From NCBI RefSeq assembly GCF_018336915.1, contig NZ_CP064923.1, positions 4,950,001-4,982,000 of the forward strand: a DNA stretch of 32,000 nt. The letters are read 5' to 3'. The position numbers were made by a program, and so were the translations under genes. Of this stretch, positions 25,423 through 32,000 are shown in pieces. The stretch comes from Acaryochloris marina S15 (GTDB lineage Bacteria; Cyanobacteriota; Cyanobacteriia; Thermosynechococcales; Thermosynechococcaceae). The notes beneath the pieces are model-generated. The model saw only the letters and a list, made by a program, of their open reading frames with translations. It was not told the origin of the DNA and searched no databases. Numbering within the stretch: the first letter of the stretch is position 1; the number at the start of each line of letters is the position of its first letter.

Positions 25423-26539
25423 CTTTAATTCCCTCGCTGACCAAATGGGTGTTTATCTTCCTCGTGATTAACGGATTAATGAAATAAATCAGGCATCAAT
25501 TAAGTGATTTATAACTAGAGGTCACGAACAGAGCCTAGTTTATGAAACAGGGCCTACTAGCTAGGCCATAACCTTAAGAATGTAGGCACCGTACACAAAG
25601 ACGACTCATTCGCCTTTCCGTGCTGATAACTGGATATCATTCAATGAATGGTAGCTCGGTCTGTATTATCTAAGTGACGTGAGCTCAGCGAAAAAAATAG
25701 GGAATCAAACTGAATCATATAATCTTGTACTTTTGTAAACTTAATTAATAAATTGAAATCATTTTAGATGAGTAATTTTACCTAGTCAACCCTAGTTTCA
25801 AATTTTCTATTGCTCTTTCCTCGACTTAAAGCACGGTAGTAGACATCCTATAAGCAGACCAAAAATCTATAAAACACAATTCATATAAGGGTTATCAGAA
25901 TTTAGTTTTAATACCTCTTCAAGCGGCAGACAAGGGCCATCACCGAAATAATAAGTGAGTAAAAGATTCTGAGATCTTTCTCAACAGCCAAAGACTCATC
26001 AATATAACTTCATGTTTTTCTAATAAATATGAAGTTATACAAAGTCAGCACAAGTTTAAATCGAGCTTGTTGAAACAGTGAATTGAGCTAATTCCGCCCA
26101 TCAAACAGTACAAGCAGAGCAAAGCACTTCTCATTAAAAGTGAGATGAGCAGAGCAATATCCTCTCTAACTCCTTCAGAAAAGATCCTAAACAGCCTGGA
26201 TGCTAAACAGAACCACAAGCGGCACAGCCACCACTACAGGTACAGGACCAAGGCCGTGATGACCATCGCAGGTGGTATCAGTAAACTTCGCCAGCAAACG
26301 ATTCAAGCCATACTGTCGATTGGCCTGATCAATATTTGTCCCCAATTTGAACTCACAACGTTACATCATCATGAGTGTGTTGTTTCAGTCGGGCCTGCAC
26401 CTGGATTGTCCTCAAGGCAGACCACTCAAGTGAATGCCGCACACTTTACACCATTATCAATTGGCTCAGGTTCATGTTGAAGAGGGTAAATACTGAAATG
26501 GAAAAAGTGGCTAATAATCAGTCAAAGCAATTCATATCA

Positions 26540-27544
26540 TTATGAAGATATGGCGTCTGATTGCTCTGCTATAGATGAGTGAAAATATGATTTTAAAATT
26601 TGCTTCTGAAACAGATCAGTAGTGCTTGGACGGTAATGCTTTAAGCTCTCTAAGACTGAAATTTTTTGCCTAATCATTAGATGTTTAATATCCACCTGGT
26701 GAAGTAATCCCAGCTCTAATTCCTTTTGGATAGACATTAACGGCACAAAGGCCGCACCTAAGCCAAACTGAACAGCATTTTTAATCGCTTCTAGAGAACC
26801 AAAACTCATTTCTGGCTGTAATCGTTTCAGATCAACATCACCTATAACCAAATCTTGATCAATCACTGAATGGGGCGGTTGTTGAGAGTCAAGGACAATA
26901 AACTTTAATTGATATAGATCTTGGAACTCAATGGCGCTAATTGAGGTGAAAGGATGAGATGAAGGCACAATCAGGACGATGGGCTCTTCTGATTCCATCG
27001 TCACTTGAGTGAGTTCTCGCAGTTTAAAGGGAATAGGCCCTTCTACAATGGCGATATCTGTTTGGCCATCTGCAATACCTTGGCAAATTTGAGAAGTAGT
27101 GCTGATTTGTAATTGCACTGGTGTCTGGGGGTAAAGTTGCCGGTAATGTCCTATTAATCTGGGCAATAAGTAACTCCCCAGCGTGGTACTGGCACCAATG
27201 ACTAAGTTGCCTGCCTCAAGATTCTTTTGTTCAAGAAGAGCTTGTTGGGCATCTTGGCAAAGCCCCAAAATACGATGACAATACCTGAGCAAAATTTCAC
27301 CCGAATGTGTCAACTGTACTTTTTGGTGAGAACGATGAAATAAAGTTACGTCCAAATCACGCTCAAGGTGATGAACTCTCTGGCTGGCTGTGGGTTGTGA
27401 AATGAACAGCTGATCTGCGGCTTTTGTGAAGTTACCAGTCCTAGCAATCGCATCCATTAACTGCAACTGGTTCAATGTAAAAGGTAAATTCAAAGGAACT
27501 TCAATATCTTCTAGAAGAGTCGTTGGCCCATTCGTCGTTAGCAT
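26540..27544 (-). CDS. LysR-type transcriptional regulator
   Basis: The N-terminal LTTR HTH is present (FTLNQLQLMDAIARTGNFTKAADQLFISQPTASQRVHHLERDLDVTLFHR), followed by a periplasmic-binding-protein-like effector domain. Confidence 0.85.
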   Translation of the reverse strand: MLTTNGPTTLLEDIEVPLNLPFTLNQLQLMDAIARTGNFTKAADQLFISQPTASQRVHHLERDLDVTLFHRSHQKVQLTHSGEILLRYCHRILGLCQDAQQALLEQKNLEAGNLVIGASTTLGSYLLPRLIGHYRQLYPQTPVQLQISTTSQICQGIADGQTDIAIVEGPIPFKLRELTQVTMESEEPIVLIVPSSHPFTSISAIEFQDLYQLKFIVLDSQQPPHSVIDQDLVIGDVDLKRLQPEMSFGSLEAIKNAVQFGLGAAFVPLMSIQKELELGLLHQVDIKHLMIRQKISVLESLKHYRPSTTDLFQKQILKSYFHSSIAEQSDAISS

Positions 27545-27648
27545 TAATTTCCCTCTGATTTAGCACTATCTCCTTACTGACTTAGGCTGATGTTGGCTCA
27601 ATTCAGAAACCAATTAAAAAAAAGCATTTATACCTAGGGCAGGACCTG

Positions 27649-27668
27649 TTACGATTCTTAATTATAAT
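27649..27668 (+). promoter_or_regulatory. LTTR-type dyad TTA-N7-TAA (T-N11-A) followed immediately by a perfect TATAAT
   Basis: TTACGATTCTTAA lies at 27649-27661 and TATAAT at 27663-27668, about 105 bp upstream of the LysR start and on the divergent (+) side. Confidence 0.35.
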
Positions 27669-28024
27669 TTTGTCTTCGTCAACAGTTGATAGATGAAAGG
27701 TTCTGTCCTTTCTAGTAAGGGCTACTTATGAATAGTCCAAAGCTGTCCTTGACAATGAAGATTATGGATTAAAGTTTTGGGCTTCTATCTCTCTGGTCCT
27801 ATGACTTATCCTCTACTAGTGAGTTATGACTAACTTAGGAAAGACAGATATAAAAATCAGGCCGATTGACTGAGCTTCAGGGAGCAGCTTGTAAAGATGT
27901 TTATACTTTGTCCTCAGCTCTTGTCCCTAGAGGTAGGATCTAATTACGCATAAATCTAAAGAAAAACTTAAAGAATCATCGAACCGACAAATTTATGCCT
28001 AACTAGCGTTTATGGTAATGTCTC

Positions 28025-28264
28025 GTGTTATCTCCTTCCTTGCTCCACGACCTATGGCAATTAATTGAAGAGCTGCCTAGTCATCCAGTCATGCGATTGA
28101 ATGATAGTCGCTTGGTCTCCTGGCTGTTGGCCCAAGTAGAGCGTCGGTTAATCCTGAAGGAAGAAGACGTCAATAATGTTGAGAGATATCTCGGCTCCCA
28201 TGTTCTGCTCATTCGAGAAATGACTGAATCCAGACAGTATCACTCTTGTCCCTTGGTAATGTGA
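28025..28264 (+). CDS. Hypothetical protein (doubtful)
   Basis: A 79-aa ORF with a GTG start and no clear RBS. I recognise no family. Confidence 0.2.
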   Translation: MLSPSLLHDLWQLIEELPSHPVMRLNDSRLVSWLLAQVERRLILKEEDVNNVERYLGSHVLLIREMTESRQYHSCPLVM

Positions 28265-28724
28265 CAAGTGAGGCTCTCCTGTGAAGTCTTTCCCCAAAAT
28301 CTTGGGAATACACCTAAAAAGTCTCCCATCCATAAAATCGCTTCGTAATACAACGGGGTCATTAACCCATATGTATCAGCCCCAAATATAGGGAGCTGGA
28401 ATATTGGCAACAAGAATGTAAGTGAATTGAAAGCAGTACCTTCAAATTCGTTCAGGCTCTGCTCAAAACCTTGGCCTTAGCAAGACAGTGAATCACTACG
28501 CGCTCCAGCAGATTGTTGACATAGGAAATGATGACCGAGTCGGTGTCAAATGCAATCAGGTGCATCTTTACCAATATCTGCAGACAGATGAGTCAAACTG
28601 AGAGCTAAGTAAACTCATGCCTGCAAAGGGCTCGCCCTTTGCTTTAATATCTATTTCTCATCAGGTGTTGGCCAATACATACCTGAGTGGATTCTTGTGT
28701 TGATTCACAGAGAGATATCTAAGC

Positions 28725-29261
28725 ATGAGAAAGGTAGAAGTTGTCCCTCACAATCCTGAATGGATAGCGATTTTTCAGGCTGAAGCCACGCGGATCAAGG
28801 ATGCTTTAGGTGAGAATATCGTTGCAGTCCACCATATTGGCAGCACGGCCATTACTGGCATACATGCAAAACCGATCATCGATCTGTTAGTTGAGGTGCA
28901 GTGCCTTACCCAAGTTGATGAGCAAAATTCACCGATGGAGCAACTCGGCTACGAAGTCATGGGAGATTTTGGTATCCCAGGTCGCCGGTTTTTTCGGAAA
29001 AATAACCAAGACGGTATTCGGACGCACCATATCCATATCTTTAACCACAACTCAGCACAGATAAAACGTCATCTGGCATTTCGCGATTATATGATTGCCC
29101 ACCCGACAGATGCTAAGCAATACAGCGAATTGAAATGCCAGTTAGCTAAACACACGAATATCGATGGCTATGTAGACGGCAAAGATAGCTTTATTAAAGC
29201 CATAGATGTAAAAGCAGCTCAGTGCAAAGCATTACAGGCAGATCAGCAGTCAGGGAGCTGA
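28725..29261 (+). CDS. GrpB family (UPF0157) protein
   Basis: V.PHNPEW...F..E...I...LG......HHIGSTAI.G..AKPIIDL matches the GrpB signature. Confidence 0.85.
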   Translation: MRKVEVVPHNPEWIAIFQAEATRIKDALGENIVAVHHIGSTAITGIHAKPIIDLLVEVQCLTQVDEQNSPMEQLGYEVMGDFGIPGRRFFRKNNQDGIRTHHIHIFNHNSAQIKRHLAFRDYMIAHPTDAKQYSELKCQLAKHTNIDGYVDGKDSFIKAIDVKAAQCKALQADQQSGS

Positions 29262-29499
29262 TTTACCTGTAATGCAAGTGGATGCATGATGAAGAGCTTG
29301 CCGGGAGCGCTATTCTTGGCTTTCTGCAATCAACGCCAGGCCAGCTTAAATATTGCATCCCTCTCAAAAAGCATCATCAAAAAAAGTTTTCCTTCACTGC
29401 TTCTTCTCAGAAGACCGATAACTTGAGAAGCGTGGTTTCATCCCACTCCATACAGATAACTGTTTACCCCAATGCCCCAACCATTGGGGTTTTCTCCAT

Positions 29500-29724
29500 T
29501 CAAGAATGAACCTCTCTGAAATTTTTATAGACTGTCAATACCCAGTGATAGGCTTCTTCAAGTCCATCGGTGGTATCGACGTCTATCCCTACCTTTTTCC
29601 ACTCCTCTACCCGTTGAGGAGAAAGTAGATTTCTGAATTCATCGATGGATGGTATTTCAATAATTTTAGGAGCCTTCAGCCCATGGTTATCAATATACCT
29701 AGGCGGTTTACCTTTGCGGTTCAT
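29500..29724 (-). CDS. Hypothetical small protein
   Basis: A 74-aa ORF. I recognise no family. Confidence 0.3.
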   Translation of the reverse strand: MNRKGKPPRYIDNHGLKAPKIIEIPSIDEFRNLLSPQRVEEWKKVGIDVDTTDGLEEAYHWVLTVYKNFREVHS

Positions 29725-30295
29725 GCTTTGGTTTAGATAATGCCATCACTTCAAGAATACCCAAAAAGAAACTTATTTTTAATAGCAGGTGAATGGGGCA
29801 GATTGTATAGTTTTATCAAATACCAGAAGTCGCCTGATACTCGTCAGCCCATTCTATAGAGGGCCTCACTTTCAGCAACCCAATCATTATCCAGGCAGTC
29901 GTACAGAACCCTATACAAATCTTACTCACTAAAAATAAAGAAAACTGGAAGAATAGTATATTTTCGATCCAACATACCGACCTGCATTGCAATCAATAAG
30001 CGTACTAGGATATGGCCCATATTCACATCCAGAACCTTACAAGTTCCGACTATTCCAAAGTTTAGGATCAGCAGATTGTCCAGATTCCCCCAGTCTTTCT
30101 GGCCCCTAGTGATCAACAGCGGAGTGAATCAACGATTTGCTGCCGCATGGCCTGATTAGAACTGATCACCCTGTCACCAAATAGCTCTCATTATTTCTGA
30201 GGCCTTGCTTGAGAAGCGTTAAAAGCTTAGCGCCATTCGGAGGCTCATCCACTAGAGTAGAGGTGGACGCCTTTGCTAATGGATTCGGGCAAGCT

Positions 30296-32000
30296 GTGGC
30301 ATACGAACCGCTGCATCATAAATATCGTCCCCAAGTATTTGCGGACTTAGTGGGACAAGATGCGATCGCAACCACGTTGACCAATGCGATCGAGTCCGAA
30401 CGGATTGCCCCTGCCTACCTATTTACTGGTCCCCGAGGCACGGGAAAAACATCCAGTGCCAGGATCCTAGCCAAATCTCTTAACTGTCTAAATAGCCAGC
30501 AACCCACACCCAGCCCCTGCGGTACCTGTTCCGTTTGCCAGGAAGTGGCCCTCGGTTCATCTCTCGATGTCATCGAAATTGATGCGGCCAGCAATACGGG
30601 TGTAGATAATATTCGCGACTTAATCGAACGGGCACAATTCGCACCTGTTCAGTGCCGGTTTAAAATCTATTGCCTTGATGAAGTCCATATGCTCAGCACG
30701 GCAGCATTTAATGCCCTGCTAAAGACCTTAGAAGAACCCCCAGATCGGGTGGTTTTCATCCTAGCGACGACGGATCCACAGCGGGTTTTACCGACGATTA
30801 TTTCTCGCTGCCAACGATTTGACTTTCGACGAATTGCCCTAGATCCGATGATTCAGCATCTGACCTATATTGCTGAACAAGAATCGATTGCCATTACCTC
30901 CACGGCTGTAGAGCTAATTGCTCAAGTCGCTCAAGGCGGGTTACGAGATGCGGAAAGTTTACTGGATCAGCTCAGCTTACTCGCGGGTGAAATTGATAAC
31001 ACTCAAGTCTGGGATTTAGTTGGTTCCGTCCCCGAACAGGCTCTCTTAGCCTTACTGCAAGCCATTATTGCGCAACAGCCCGCTTTGATGGTCGAGCGCA
31101 CCCATGCCTTGCTCGATCGCGGTCGAGAGCCCTTAACAGTCCTCCAAAATCTGGCTGGATTTTATCGGGATTTATTAATTGCCAAAACAGCTCCCGACCG
31201 TCGAGATTTAGTGGCCATCACGGCCCCGACTTGGACGGAACTCTGCCAAGTAGCTCAACAGTTTGAAGTCGAAGACATTCTGGCGAACCAACAACATCTG
31301 AGAAGTTGTGAAGGACAGATCAAAAATTCAACTCAACCTCGACTCTGGCTGGAAGTCTCTCTCCTCGGACTCCTGCCGAGAAAGGCATTACCCGAGGAGT
31401 CTCAACCCGTACAGCGTCCCCAGATTGAGGTCGGAACTGTACCTGCGATCGCAAGTTCTCCGGTCCCCATTGCTGCCCCAGTTTCAACTCCTAATCCTCT
31501 TCCAGTTCCGTCTCTACCAGAACCTGCGATCGCAACGACTCCAGTCCCCACTGCTGAAACCGTTTCAGCCCCTCATCCTCCTTCAGTTTCAGGAGAGACG
31601 GAATCTGCGATCGCAAATTCACTCCTCCCCGCGCCTCTCCCCACCCCAGATCCGCCTCCTTCTGTCATTCCGTCAACACCTGCCGCTGCTGTCCCCCCAG
31701 CTCCTGCCACCTCCTATCCAGACATTGAGTTTGACACACTCCAAGAACTAGAAAGCGCTATCCCCACCGTAGATGAAGAAAAAGAGGCTGAGGAGAGTCG
31801 ATCAGCACTGGATAATATTGCACCAGAGCCTCCCAGTAATCGTTCTGAGTCCTCCAAACTATCGATTACGCCTAGCGTACGAGAGCAACCTGGGCCAACA
31901 CCTATTCCTCAGCCCCCTTCACAAAAACCTACTGAGGCAGCCCCTCAAAGAGACCTCACAGACACTTGGCAGCAAGTATTACAGAACCTCAACTTACCGA
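30296..32000 (+). CDS. dnaX: DNA polymerase III subunits gamma/tau; 3'-partial, runs off the window
   Basis: This gene is not in the supplied ORF track because it has no stop in the window. Frame 2 is open from 30185 to 32000. It reads (M)AYEPLHHKYRPQVFADLVGQ, then Walker A GPRGTGKTS, a zinc module CGTCSVC, DEVHML, and SRCQRFDF. GTG 30296 was chosen because it gives the canonical N-terminus. Confidence 0.9.
   Translation, partial: MAYEPLHHKYRPQVFADLVGQDAIATTLTNAIESERIAPAYLFTGPRGTGKTSSARILAKSLNCLNSQQPTPSPCGTCSVCQEVALGSSLDVIEIDAASNTGVDNIRDLIERAQFAPVQCRFKIYCLDEVHMLSTAAFNALLKTLEEPPDRVVFILATTDPQRVLPTIISRCQRFDFRRIALDPMIQHLTYIAEQESIAITSTAVELIAQVAQGGLRDAESLLDQLSLLAGEIDNTQVWDLVGSVPEQALLALLQAIIAQQPALMVERTHALLDRGREPLTVLQNLAGFYRDLLIAKTAPDRRDLVAITAPTWTELCQVAQQFEVEDILANQQHLRSCEGQIKNSTQPRLWLEVSLLGLLPRKALPEESQPVQRPQIEVGTVPAIASSPVPIAAPVSTPNPLPVPSLPEPAIATTPVPTAETVSAPHPPSVSGETESAIANSLLPAPLPTPDPPPSVIPSTPAAAVPPAPATSYPDIEFDTLQELESAIPTVDEEKEAEESRSALDNIAPEPPSNRSESSKLSITPSVREQPGPTPIPQPPSQKPTEAAPQRDLTDTWQQVLQNLNLP
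31438..31680 (+). repeat. About three 81-bp (27-codon) tandem repeats inside dnaX, each carrying a HIP1 octamer
   Basis: HIP1 lies at 31445, 31526 and 31607, an exact 81-bp period. The peptide units are PAIASSPVPIAAPVSTPNPLPVPSLPE / PAIATTPVPTAETVSAPHPPSVSGETE / SAIANSLLPAPLPTPDPPPSVIPSTPA. Confidence 0.8.

Noticed and set aside
26145-26480. 111-aa plus-strand ORF in the AT-rich gap
   Set aside because: It has no RBS and no recognisable family, and its composition is odd (His/Ser/Thr-rich). It is antisense to an equally weak 52-codon ORF. I kept it only as a low-interest finding.
29282-30116. ORFs 29282-29509 (75 aa, plus strand) and 29922-30116 (64 aa, minus strand)
   Set aside because: They have no RBS, no recognisable family and an odd composition. 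I treat them as chance ORFs in AT-rich non-coding DNA.
31308-31751. 147-aa plus-strand ORF in the track (Leu/Pro/Arg-rich, repetitive)
   Set aside because: It lies out of frame inside dnaX. Its repetitiveness simply mirrors the 81-bp repeat of the dnaX linker read in another frame.
1-32000. CRISPR arrays, rRNA genes, and group I/II introns or retron-like structures
   Set aside because: There are no regularly spaced direct repeats with unique spacers. The only tandem repeats are the paralog array and the dnaX 81-bp repeat. I found no rRNA-like sequence and no reverse-transcriptase ORF.

Overview
The window looks like cyanobacterial chromosome. HIP1 octamers (GCGATCGC) occur at 6041, 10114, 11078, 17345, 19430, 24845, 31445, 31526 and 31607. 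The gene content fits: glgC, a GlpX-type FBP/SBPase, rpoZ, DUF1818, a Uma2 endonuclease and dnaX. Order of features, left to right:

- **1-3.4 kb:** the end of the sll0787 / MSMEG_0565 / MSMEG_0570 family cluster (AIR-synthase-like, GT4 glycosyltransferase, small MSMEG_0570-type protein), with an opposite-strand Fic gene between the first two. A GTA-N8-TAC (NtcA-type) box lies upstream of the MSMEG_0570-type gene.
- **3.6-5.7 kb:** a GAF-LuxR regulator and a Uma2 endonuclease.
- **6.2-9.5 kb:** a TetR gene and a five-gene redox operon (SDR, ChrR-like bicupin, OsmC, Rof-like, glutaredoxin). Each is preceded by a copy of the same palindrome.
- **9.5-12.2 kb:** three tandem paralogous membrane-protein genes, duplicated together with their leader regions.
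- **12.6-13.8 kb:** an IS630-family element with imperfect terminal inverted repeats, a TA duplication and a -1 frame break.
- **13.9-15.2 kb:** a HIP1-free segment with atypical codon usage. It carries a DUF4062/TIR-like ORF and an all-helical ORF in the same frame, separated only by one TAG. This is my best candidate for an undescribed conflict or defence module.
- **15.4-19.5 kb:** yghU-type GST, a RelE/ParE toxin-antitoxin pair, a cupin, a LysR C-terminal remnant, an orphan ORF, a MAPEG protein and a VOC protein.
- **19.5-25.4 kb:** core genes (class V aminotransferase, rpoZ, a secreted protein, DUF1818, tRNA-Pro(GGG), glgC, FBP/SBPase).
- **25.4-30.3 kb:** an AT-rich stretch of low coding density containing a LysR regulator and GrpB.
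- **30.3 kb to the end:** dnaX, which runs off the right edge. It is absent from the supplied ORF track and contains an 81-bp tandem repeat.

No CRISPR array and no rRNA were seen. All family assignments come from motif recognition by eye; no database search was run.
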